A stretch of 64,000 bases of DNA from Eledone cirrhosa (lineage: Eukaryota), in NCBI GenBank assembly GCA_964016885.1, contig OZ024744.1, forward strand, positions 1,054,001-1,118,000. Reading direction: 5' to 3'. The notes under the pieces are model-generated. The model did no database searches. It was not told where the DNA came from and worked only from the letters and a program-made list of their open reading frames with translations. This document shows, in pieces, positions 50,001-61,100 of this stretch; position 1 is the first letter of the stretch, and each line of letters starts with the position of its first letter. Position numbers and translations under genes: made by a program.

Positions 50001-52016
50001 ATAGAAAGATAGCTTGGTGAAGAACGAAGTTTTGGGGGAAGACAATGTAGAGAAAGATAGCTTGAAGAAGAACGAAGTTTTGGGGGAAGACAAGGTAGAG
50101 AAAGATAGCTTGGTGAAGAACGAAGTTTTGAGGGAAGACAAGGTAGAGAAAGATAGCTTGGTGAAGAACGAAGTTATGAGGGAAGACAAGGTAGAGAAAG
50201 ATAGCTTGGTGAAGAACGAAGTTTTGGGGGAAGACAAGGTAGAGAAAGATAGCTTGGTGAAGAACGAAGTTTTGAGGGAAGACAAGGTAGAGAAAGATAG
50301 CTTGGTGAAGAACGAAGTTTTGGGGGATGACAAAGTAGAGAAAGATAGCTTAGTGAAGAACGCAGTTTTGGGGGAAGACAAGGTAGAGAAAGATAGCTTG
50401 ATGAAGAACGAAGTTTTGGGGGAAGACAAGGTAGAGAAAGATAGCTTGATGAAGTACGAAGTTTTGGGGGAAGACAAGGTAGAGAAAGATAGCTTGGTGA
50501 AGAAAGAAGTTTTGAGGGAAGACAAGGTAGAGAAAGATAGCTTGATGAAGAACGAAGTTTTGAGGGAAGACAAGGTAGAGAAAGATAGCTTGGTGAAGAA
50601 CGAAGTTATGAGGGAAGACAAGGTAGAGAAAGATAGTTGGTGAAGAACGAAGTTTTGAGGAAAGACAATGTAGAGAAAGATAGCTTGGTGAAGAACGACG
50701 TTTTGAGGGAAGACAAGGTAGAGAAAGATAGCTTGGTGAAGAACGAAGTTTTGGGGGAAGACAAGGTAGAGAAAGATAGCTTGATGAAGAACGAAGTTTT
50801 GAGGGAAGACAAGGTAGAGAAAGATAGCTTGATGAAGAACGAAGTTTTGAGGGAAGACAAGGTAGAGAAAGATAGCTTGATGAAGTACGAAGTTTTGAGG
50901 GAAGACAAGGTAGAGAAAGATAGCTTGATGAAGTACGAAGTTTTGGGGGAAGACAAGGTAGAGAAAGATAGCTTGGTGAAGAAAGAAGTTTTGAGGGAAG
51001 ACAAGGTAGAGAAAGATAGCTTGATGAAGAACGAAGTTTTGAGGGAAGACAAGGTAGAGAAAGATAGCTTGGTGAAGAACGAAGTTTTGAGGGAAGACAA
51101 AGTATAGAAAGATAGCTTGGTGAAGAACGAAGTTTTGGGGGAAGACAATGTAGAGAAAGATAGCTTGATGAAGAACGAAGTTTTGGGGAAGACAAGGTAG
51201 AGAAAGATAGCTTGGTGAAGAACGAAGTTTTGAGGGAAGACAAGGTAGAGAAAGATAGCTTGGTGAAGAACGAAGTTTTGGGGGAAGACAAGGTAGAGAA
51301 AGATAGCTTGGTGAAGAACGAAGTTTTGAGGGAAGACAAGGTAGAGAAAGATAGCTTGGTGAAGAACGAAGTTTTGGGGGAAGACAAGGTAGAGAAAGAT
51401 AGCTTGGTGAAGAACGAAGTTTTGAGGGAAGACAAGGTAGAGAAAGATAGTTGGTGAAGAACGAAGTTTTGAGGGAAGACAAGGTAGAGAAAGATAGCTT
51501 GGTGAAGAACGACGGTTTGAGGGAAGACAAGGTAGAGAAAGATAGCTTGGTGAAGAACGAAGTTTTGGGGGAAGACAAGGTAGAGAAAGATAGCTTGATG
51601 AAGTACGAAGTTTTGGGGGAAGACAAGGTAGAGAAAGATAGCTTGGTGAAGAACGACGTTTTGTGGGAAGACAAGGTAGAGAAACATAGTTGGTGAAGAA
51701 CGAAATTTTGAGGGAAGACAAGGTAGAGAAAGATAGATTGGTGTAGAACGACGTTTTGAGGGAAGACAAGGTAGAGAAAGATAGCTTGATGAAGAACGAA
51801 GTTTTGAGGGAAGACAAGGTTGAGAAAGATAGCTTGATGAAGTTCGAAGTTTTGGGGGTAGACAAGGTAGAGAAAGATAGCTTGGTGAAGAACGAAGTTT
51901 TGAGGGAAGACAAGGTAGAGAAAGATAGCTTGATGAAGAACGAAGTTTTGAGGGAAGACAAGGTAGAGAAAGATAGCTTGGTGAAGAACGGAGTTTTGAG
52001 GGAAGACAAAGTATAG
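47042..52016 (+). repeat. Duplicated HOR, offset 2,635-2,636 bp (55 monomers)
   Basis: 47042>49678, 47378>50014 and 48001>50637 = 2,636; 48816>51451 = 2,635. Shared private double variant TTAGTGAAGAACGCA (about 47,715/50,351). Confidence 0.83.
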
Positions 52017-53558
52017 AAAGATAGCTTGGTGAAGAACGAAGTTTTGGGGGAAGACAATGTAGAGAAAGATAGCTTGATGAAGAACGAAGTTTTGGGGGAA
52101 GACAAGGTAGAGAAAGATAGCTTGGTGAAGAACGAAGTTTTGAGGGAAGACAAGGTAGAGAAAGATAGCTTGGTGAAGAACGAAGTTTTGGGGGAAGTCA
52201 AGGTAGAGAAAGATAGCTTGGTGAAGAACGACGGTTTGAGGGAAGACAAGGTAGAGAAAGATAGCTTGGTGAAGAACGAAGTTTTGGGGGAAGACAAGGT
52301 AGAGAAAGATAGCTTGATGAAGTACGAAGTTTAGGGGGAAGACAAGGTAGAGAAAGATAGCTTGGTGAAGAACGACGTTTTGTGGGAAGACAAGGTAGAG
52401 AAACATAGTTGGTGAAGAACGAAATTTTGAGGGAAGACAAGGTAGAGAAAGATAGATTGGTGAAGAACGAAGTTTTGAGGGAAGACAAGGTAGAGAAAGA
52501 TAGCTTGATGAAGAACGAAGTTTTGAGGGAAGACAAGGTTGAGAAAGATAGCTTGATGAAGCTCGAAGTTTTGGGGGTAGACAAGGTAGAGAAAGATAGC
52601 TTGGTGAAGAACGAAATTTTGAGGGATGACAAGGTAGAGAAAGATAGCTTGGTGAAGAACGAAGTTTTGAGGGATGACAAAGTAGAGAAAGATAGCTTGG
52701 TGAAGAACGAAGTTTTGGGGGAAGACAAGGTAGAGAAAGATAGCTTGGTGAAGAACGAAGTTTTGGGGGAAGACAAGGTAGAGAAAGATAGCTTGGTGAA
52801 GAACGAAGTTTTGAGGGAAGACAAGGTAGAGAAAGATAGCTTGGTGAAGAACGAAGTTATGAGGGAAGACAAGGTAGAGAAAGATAGTTGGTGAAGGACG
52901 AAGTTTTGAGGAAAGACAATGTAGAGAAAGATAGCTTGGTGAAGAACGACGTTTTGAGGGAAGACAAGGTAGAGAAAGATAGCTTGGTGAAGAACGAAGT
53001 TTTGGGGGAAGACAAGGTAGAGAAATATAGCTTGATGAAGTACGAAGTTTTGGGGGAAGACAAGGTAGAGAAAGATAGCTTGGTGAAGAACGACGTTTTG
53101 TGGGAAGACAAGGTAGAGAAACATAGTTGGTGAAGAACGAAGTTTTGAGGGAAGACAAGGTAGAGAAAGATAGCTTGATGAAGAACGAAGTTTTGAGGGA
53201 AGACAAGGTAGAGAAAGATAGCTTGGTGAAGAACGAAGTTTTGAGGGAAGACAAGGTAGAGAAAGATAGCTTGATGAAGAACGAAGTTTTGAGGGAAGAC
53301 AAGGTAGAGAAAGATAGCTTGATGAAGTACGAAGTTTTGAGGGAAGACAAGGTAGAGAAAGATAGCTTGATGAAGTACGAAGTTTTGGGGGAAGACAAGG
53401 TAGAGAAAGATAGCTTGGTGAAGAAAGAAGTTTTGAGGGAAGACAAGGTAGAGAAAGATAGCTTGATGAAGAACGAAGTTTTGAGGGAAGACAAGGTAGA
53501 GAAAGATAGCTTGGTGAAGAACGAAGTTTTGAGGGAAGACAAAGTATAGAAAGATAGC

Positions 53559-56500
53559 TTGGTGAAGAACGAAGTTTTGGGGGAAGACAATGTAGAGAAA
53601 GATAGCTTGATGAAGAACGAAGTTTTGGGGGAAGACAAGGTAGAGAAAGATAGCTTGGTGAAGAACGAAGTTTTGAGGGAAGACAAGGTAGAGAAAGATA
53701 GCTTGGTGAAGAACGAAGTTTTGGGGGAAGTCAAGGTAGAGAAAGATAGCTTGGTGAAGAACGACGGTTTGAGGGAAGACAAGGTAGAGAAAGATAGCTT
53801 GGTGAAGAACGAAGTTTTGGGGGTAGACAAGGTAGAGAAAGATAGCTTGATGAAGTACGAAGTTTAGGGGGAAGACAAGGTAGAGAAAGATAGCTTGGTG
53901 AAGAACGACGTTTTGTGGGAAGACAAGGTAGAGAAACATAGTTGGTGAAGAACGAAATTTTGAGGGAAGACAAGGTAGAGAAAGATAGATTGGTGAAGAA
54001 CGAAGTTTTGAGGGAAGACAAGGTAGAGAAAGATAGCTTGATGAAGAACGAAGTTTTGAGGGAAGACAAGGTTGAGAAAGATAGCTTGATGAAGCTCGAA
54101 GTTTTGGGGGTAGACAAGGTAGAGAAAGATAGCTTGGTGAAGAACGAAGTTTTGAGGGAAGACAAGGTAGAGAAAGATAGCTTGATGAAGAACGAAGTTT
54201 TGAGGGAAGACAAGGTAGAGAAAGATAGCTTGGTGAAGAACGGAGTTTTGAGGGAAGACAAAGTATAGAAAGATAGCTTGGTGAAGAACGAAGTTTTGGG
54301 GGAAGACAATGTAGAGAAAGATAGCTTGAAGAAGAACGAAGTTTTGGGGGAAGACAAGGTAGAGAAAGATAGCTTGGTGAAGAATGAAGTTTTGAGGGAA
54401 GACAAGGTAGAGAAAGATAGCTTGGTGAAGAACGAAGTTATGAGGGAAGACAAGGTAGAGAAAGATAGCTTGGTGAAGAACGAAGTTTTGGGGGAAGACA
54501 AGGTAGAGAAAGATAGCTTGGTGAAGAACGAAGTTTTGAGGGAAGACAAGGTAGAGAAAGATAGCTTGGTGAAGAACGAAGTTTTGGGGGATGACAAAGT
54601 AGTGAAAGATAGCTTGGTGAAGAACGAAGTTTTGGGGGAAGACAAGGTAGAGAAAGATAGCTTGATGAAGAACGAAGTTTTGGGGGAAGACAAGTTAGAG
54701 AAAGATAGCTTGGTGAAGAACGAAGTTTTGAGGGAAGACAAGGTAGAGAAAGATAGCTTGGTGAAGAACGAAGTTTTAGGGGAAGACAAGGTAGAGAAAG
54801 ATAGCTTGGTGAAGAACGAAGTTTTGAGGGAAGACAAGGTAGAGAAAGATAGCTTGGTGAAGAACGAAGTTATGAGGGAAGACAAGGTAGAGAAAGATAG
54901 TTGGTGAAGAACGAAGTTTTGAGGAAAGACAATGTAGAGAAAGATAGCTTGGTGAAGAACGACGTTTTGAGGGAAGACAAGGTAGAGAAAGATAGCTTGG
55001 TGAAGAACGAAGTTTTGGGGGAAGACAAGGTAGATAAATATAGCTTGATGAAGTACGAAGTTTTGGGGGAAGACAAGGTAGAGAAAGATAGCTTGGTGAA
55101 GAACGACGTTTTGTGGGAAGACAAGGTAGAGAAACATAGTTGGTGAAGAACGAAGTTTTGAGGGAAGACAAGGTAGAGAAAGATAGCTTGATGAAGAACG
55201 AAGTTTTGAGGGAAGACAAGGTAGAGAAAGATAGCTTGATGAAGAACGAAGTTTTGAGGGAAGACAAGGTAGAGAAAGATAGCTTGATGAAGTACGAAGT
55301 TTTGGGGGAAGACAAGGTAGAGAAAGATAGCTTGGTGAAGAACGAAGTTTTGAGGGAAGACAAGGTAGAGAAAGATAGCTTGATGAAGAACGAAGTTTTG
55401 AGGGAAGACAAGGTAGGGAAAGATAGCTTGGTGAAGAACGAAGTTTTGGGGGAAGACAAGTTAGAGAAAGATAGCTTGGTGAAGAACGAAGTTTTGAGGG
55501 AAGACAAGGTAGAGAAAGATAGCTTGGTGAAGAACGAAGTTTTGGGGGAAGACAAGGTAGAGAACGATAGCTTGGTGAAGAACGAAGTTTTGAGGGAAGA
55601 CAAGGTAGAGAAAGATAGCTTGGTGAAGAACGAAGTTTTGGGGGAAGACAAGGTAGAGAAAGATGGCTTGGTGAAGAACGAAGTTTTGAGGGAAGACAAG
55701 GTAGAGAAAGATAGCTTGGTGAAGAACGAAGTTTTGGGGGAAGACAAGGTAGAGAAAGATAGCTTGGTGAAGAACGAAGTTTTGAGGGAAGACAAGGTAG
55801 AGAAAGATAGTTGGTGAAGAACGAAGTTTTGAGGGAAGACAAGGTAGAGAAAGATAGCTTGGTGAAGAACGAAGTTTTGGGGGAAGACAATGTAGAGAAA
55901 GATAGCTTGATGAAGAACGAAGTTTTGGGGGAAGACAAGGTAGAGAAAGATAGCTTGGTGAAGAACGAAGTTTTGAGGGAAGACAAGGTAGAGAAAGATA
56001 GCTTGGTGAAGAACGAAGTTTTGGGGGAAGTCAAGGTAGAGAAAGATAGCTTGGTGAAGAACGACGGTTTGAGGGAAGACAAGGTAGAGAAAGATAGCTT
56101 GGTGAAGAACGAAGTTTTGGGGGTAGACAAGGTAGAGAAAGATAGCTTGATGAAGTACGAAGTTTAGGGGGAAGACAAGGTAGAGAAAGATAGCTTGGTG
56201 AAGAACGACGTTTTGTGGGAAGACAAGGTAGAGAAACATAGTTGGTGAAGAACGAAATTTTGAGGGAAGACAAGGTAGAGAAAGATAGATTGGTGAAGAA
56301 CGAAGTTTTGAGGGAAGACAAGGTAGAGAAAGATAGCTTGATGAAGAACGAAGTTTTGAGGGAAGACAAGGTTGAGAAAGATAGCTTGATGAAGCTCGAA
56401 GTTTTGGGGGTAGACAAGGTAGAGAAAGATAGCTTGGTGAAGAACGAAGTTTTGAGGGAAGACAAGGTAGAGAAAGATAGCTTGATGAAGAACGAAGTTT

Positions 56501-58158
56501 TGAGGGAAGACAAGGTAGAGAAAGATAGCTTGGTGAAGAACGGAGTTTTGAGGGAAGACAAAGTATAGAAAGATAGCTTGGTGAAGAACGATGTTTTGGG
56601 GGAAGACAATGTAGAGAAAGATAGCTTGAAGAAGAACGAAGTTTTGGGGGAAGACAAGGTAGAGAAAGATAGCTTGGTGAAGAATGAAGTTTTGAGGGAA
56701 GACAAGGTAGAGAAAGATAGCTTGGTGAAGAACGAAGTTATGAGGGAAGACAAGGTAGAGAAAGATAGCTTGGTGAAGAACGAAGTTTTGGGGGAAGACA
56801 AGGTAGAGAAAGATAGCTTGGTGAAGAACGAAGTTTTGAGGGAAGACAAGGTAGAGAAAGATAGCTTGGTGAAGAACGAAGTTTTGGGGGATGACAAAGT
56901 AGTGAAAGATAGCTTGGTGAAGAACGAAGTTTTGGGGGAAGACAAGGTAGAGAAAGATAGCTTGATGAAGAACGAAGTTTTGGGGGAAGACAAGTTAGAG
57001 AAAGATAGCTTGGTGAAGAACGAAGTTTTGAGGGAAGACAAGGTAGAGAAAGATAGCTTGGTGAAGAACGAAGTTTTAGGGGAAGACAAGGTAGAGAAAG
57101 ATAGCTTGGTGAAGAACGAAGTTTTGAGGGAAGACAAGGTAGAGAAAGATAGCTTGGTGAAGAACGAAGTTATGAGGGAAGACAAGGTAGAGAAAGATAG
57201 TTGGTGAAGAACGAAGTTTTGAGGAAAGACAATGTAGAGAAAGATAGCTTGGTGAAGAACGACGTTTTGAGGGAAGACAAGGTAGAGAAAGATAGCTTGG
57301 TGAAGAACGAAGTTTTGGGGGAAGACAAGGTAGATAAATATAGCTTGATGAAGTACGAAGTTTTGGGGGAAGACAAGGTAGAGAAAGATAGCTTGGTGAA
57401 GAACGACGTTTTGTGGGAAGACAAGGTAGAGAAACATAGTTGGTGAAGAACGAAGTTTTGAGGGAAGACAAGGTAGAGAAAGATAGCTTGATGAAGAACG
57501 AAGTTTTGAGGGAAGACAAGGTAGAGAAAGATAGCTTGATGAAGAACGAAGTTTTGAGGGAAGACAAGGTAGAGAAAGATAGCTTGATGAAGTACGAAGT
57601 TTTGGGGGAAGACAAGGTAGAGAAAGATAGCTTGGTGAAGAACGAAGTTTTGAGGGAAGACAAGGTAGAGAAAGATAGCTTGATGAAGAACGAAGTTTTG
57701 AGGGAAGACAAGGTAGGGAAAGATAGCTTGGTGAAGAACGAAGTTTTGGGGGAAGACAAGTTAGAGAAAGATAGCTTGGTGAAGAACGAAGTTTTGAGGG
57801 AAGACAAGGTAGAGAAAGATAGCTTGGTGAAGAACGAAGTTTTGGGGGAAGACAAGGTAGAGAACGATAGCTTGGTGAAGAACGAAGTTTTGAGGGAAGA
57901 CAAGGTAGAGAAAGATAGCTTGGTGAAGAACGAAGTTTTGGGGGAAGACAAGGTAGAGAAAGATGGCTTGGTGAAGAACGAAGTTTTGAGGGAAGACAAG
58001 GTAGAGAAAGATAGCTTGGTGAAGAACGAAGTTTTGGGGGAAGACAAGGTAGAGAAAGATAGCTTGGTGAAGAACGAAGTTTTGAGGGAAGACAAGGTAG
58101 AGAAAGATAGTTGGTGAAGAACGAAGTTTTGAGGGAAGACAAGGTAGAGAAAGATAGC
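53559..58158 (+). repeat. Near-perfect tandem duplication, period 2,300 bp (48 monomers minus 4 bp)
   Basis: 53942>56242, 54278>56578, 54901>57201, 55140>57440 and 55811>58111 are all 2,300. Shared rare variants GTAGTGAAA, TTTTAGGG, GTAGATAAATAT, GTAGGGAAA, GAGAACGAT, GATGGC and AATGAA. Confidence 0.93.
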
Positions 58159-61100
58159 TTGGTGAAGAACGACGTTTTGAGGGAAGACAAGTTAGAGAAA
58201 GATAGCTTGGTGAAGAACGACGTTTTGAGGGAAGACAAGGTAGAGAAAGATAGCTTGGTGAAGAACGAAGTTTTGGGGGAAGACAAGGTAGAGAAAGATA
58301 GCTTGATGAAGTACGAAGTTTTGGGGGAAGACAAGGTAGAGAAAGATAGCTTGGTGAAGAACGACGTTTTGTGGGAAGACAAGGTAGAGAAACATAGTTG
58401 GTGAAGAACGAAATTTTGAGGGAAGACAAGGTAGAGAAAGATAGCTTGGTGAAGAACGAAGTTTTGAGGGAAGACAAGGTAGAGAAAGATAGCTTGATGA
58501 AGAACGAAGTTTTGAGGGAAGACAAGGTAGAGAAAGATAGCTTGATGAAGTACGAAGTTTTGGGGGAAGACAAGGTAGAGAAAGATAGCTTGGTGAAGAA
58601 CGAAGTTTTGAGGGAAGACAAGGTAGAGAAAGATAGCTTGATGAAGAACGAAGTTTTGAGGGAAGACAAGGTAGAGAAAGATAGCTTGGTGAAGAACAAA
58701 GTTTTGAGGGAAGACAAAGTATAGAAAGATAGCTTGGTGAAGAACGAAGTTTTGGGGGAAGACAATGTAGAGAAAGATAGCTTGATGAAGAACGAAGTTT
58801 TGGGGGAAGACAAGGTAGAGAAAGATAGCTTGGTGAAGAACGAAGTTTTGAGGGAAGACAAGGTAGAGAAGATAGCTTGGTGAAGAACGAAGTTATGAGG
58901 GAGGACAAGGTAGAGAAAGATAGCTTGGTGAAGAACGAAGTTTTGGGGGAAGACAAGGTAGAGAAAGATAGCTTGGTGAAGAACGAAGTTTTGAGGGAAG
59001 ACAAGGTAGAGAAAGATAGCTTGGTGAAGAACGAAGTTTTGGGGGATGACAAAGTAGAGAAAGGTAGCTTGGTGAAGAACGAAGTTTTGGGGGAAGACAA
59101 GGTAGAGAAAGATAGCTTGATGAAGAACGAAGTTTTGGGGGAAGACAAGGTAGAGAAAGATAGCTTGATGAAGAACGAAGTTTTGAGGGAAGACAAGGTA
59201 GAGAAAGATAGCTTGATGAAGTACGAAGTTTTGGGGGAAGACAAGGTAGAGAAAGATAGCTTGTTGAAGAACGAAGTTTTGAGGGAAGACAAGGTAGAGA
59301 AAGATAGCTTGATGAAGAACGAAGTTTTGAGGGAAGACAAGGTAGAGAAAGATAGCTTGGTGAAGAACGAAGTTTTGAGGGAAGACAAAGTATAGAAATA
59401 TAGCTTGGTGAAGAACGAAGTTTTGGGGGAAAACAATGTAGAGAAGGATAGCTTGATGAAGAACGAAGTTTTGGAGGAAGACAAGGTAGAGAAAGATAGC
59501 TTGGTGAAGAACGAAGTTTTGAGGGAAGACAAGGTAGAGAAAGATAGCTTGGTGAAGAACGAAGTTTTGGGGGAAGACAAGGTAGAGAAAGATAGCTTGG
59601 TGAAGAACGAAGTTTTGAGGGAAGAGAAGGTAGAGAAAGATAGCTTGGTGAAGAACGAAGTTTTGGGGAAAGACAAGGTAGAGAAAGATAGCTTGGTGAA
59701 GAACGAAGTTTTGAGGGAAGACAAGGTAGAGAAAGATAGTTGGTGAAGAACGAAGTTTTGAGGGAAAACAAGGTATAGAAAGATAGCTTGGTGAAGAACG
59801 ACGTTTTGAGGGAAGACAAGGTAGAGAAAGATAGCTTGGTGAAGAACGAAGTTTTGGGGGAAGACAAGGTAGAGAAAGATAGCTTGATGAAGTACGAAGT
59901 TTTGGGGGAAGACAAGGTAGAGAAAGATAGCTTGGTGAAGAACGACGTTTTGTGGGAAGACAAGGTAGAGAAACATAGTTGGTGATGAACGAAATTTTGA
60001 GGGAAGACAAGGTAGAGAAAGATAGCTTGGTGAAGAACGAAGTTTTGAGGGAAGACAAGGTAGAGAAAGATAGCTTGATGAAGAACGAAGTTTTGAGGGA
60101 AGACAAGGTAGAGAAAGATAGCTTGATGAAGTACGAAGTTTTGGGGGAAGACAAGGTAGAGAAAGATAGCATGGTGAAGAACGAAGTTTTGGGGGAAGAC
60201 AAGGTAGAGAAAGATAGCTTGGTGAAGAACGAAGTTTTGAGGGAAGAGAAGGTTAAGAAAGATAGCTTGGTGAAGAACGAAGTTTTGGGGGAAGACAAGG
60301 TAGAGAAAGATAGCTTGGTGAAGAACGAAGTTTTGAGGGAAGACAAGGTAGAGAAAGATAGTTGGTGAAGAACGAAGTTTTGAGGGAAAACAAGGTATAG
60401 AAAGATAGCTTGGTGAAGAACGACGTTTTGAGGGAAGACAAGGTAGAGAAAGATAGCTTGGTGAAGAACGACGTTTTGAGGGGAGACAAGGTAGAGAAAG
60501 ATAGCTTGGTGAAGAACGAAGTTTTGGGGGAAGACAAGGTAGAGAAAGATACCTTGATGAAGTACGAAGTTTTGGGGGAAGACAAGGTAGAGAAAGATAG
60601 CTTGGTGAAGAACGACGTTTTGTGGGAAGACAAGGTAGAGAAACATAGTTGGTGAAGAACGAAATTTTGAGGGAAGACAAGGTAGAGAAAGATAGCTTGG
60701 TGAAGAACGAAGTTTTGAGGGAAGACAAGGTAGAGAAAGATAGCTTGATGAAGAACGAAGTTTTGAGGGAAGACAAGGTAGAGAAAGATAGCTTGATGAA
60801 GTACGAAGTTTTGGGGGAAGACAAGGTAGAGAAAGATAGCTTGGTGAAGAACGAAGTTTTGAGGGAAGACAAGGTAGAGAAAGATAGCTTGATGAAGAAC
60901 GAAGTTTTGAGGGAAGGCAAGGTAAAGAAAGATAGCTTGGTGAAGAACGAAGTTTTGAGGGAAGACAAAGTATAGAAAGATAGCTTGGTGAAGAACGAAG
61001 TTTTGGGGGAAGACAAGGTAGAGAAAGATAGCTTGGTGAAGAACGAAGTTTTGAGGGAAGACAAGGTAGAGAAAGATAGTTGGTGAAGAACGAAGTTTTG

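Larger units (their letters stand above)
28001..58110 (+). repeat. Satellite haplotype domain B; two-subunit HOR of about 1,964-2,636 bp
   Basis: Diagnostic variants GATAGATTGG, AAGGTTGAG, GGGGTAGAC, AACGGAGTT, TTGAAGAAG, GTTATGAGG, GGGGATGACAAA, AGGAAAGACAAT, AAGAAAGAA and GACGGTTTG. Offsets: 40285>42249 = 1,964; 38081>40285 = 2,204; 29700>31952 = 2,252; 53942>56242 = 2,300; 47042>49678 = 2,636. Confidence 0.85.

Noticed and set aside
13278-51188. Singleton homopolymer indels (G4 at about 13,278, G6 at about 20,659, T3 at about 35,417, G4 at about 51,185)
   Set aside because: Each occurs once, the three G-run cases are absent from their paralogous copies (about 27,420, 24,640, 48,549), and all lie in homopolymers, so long-read consensus error is as likely as biology.
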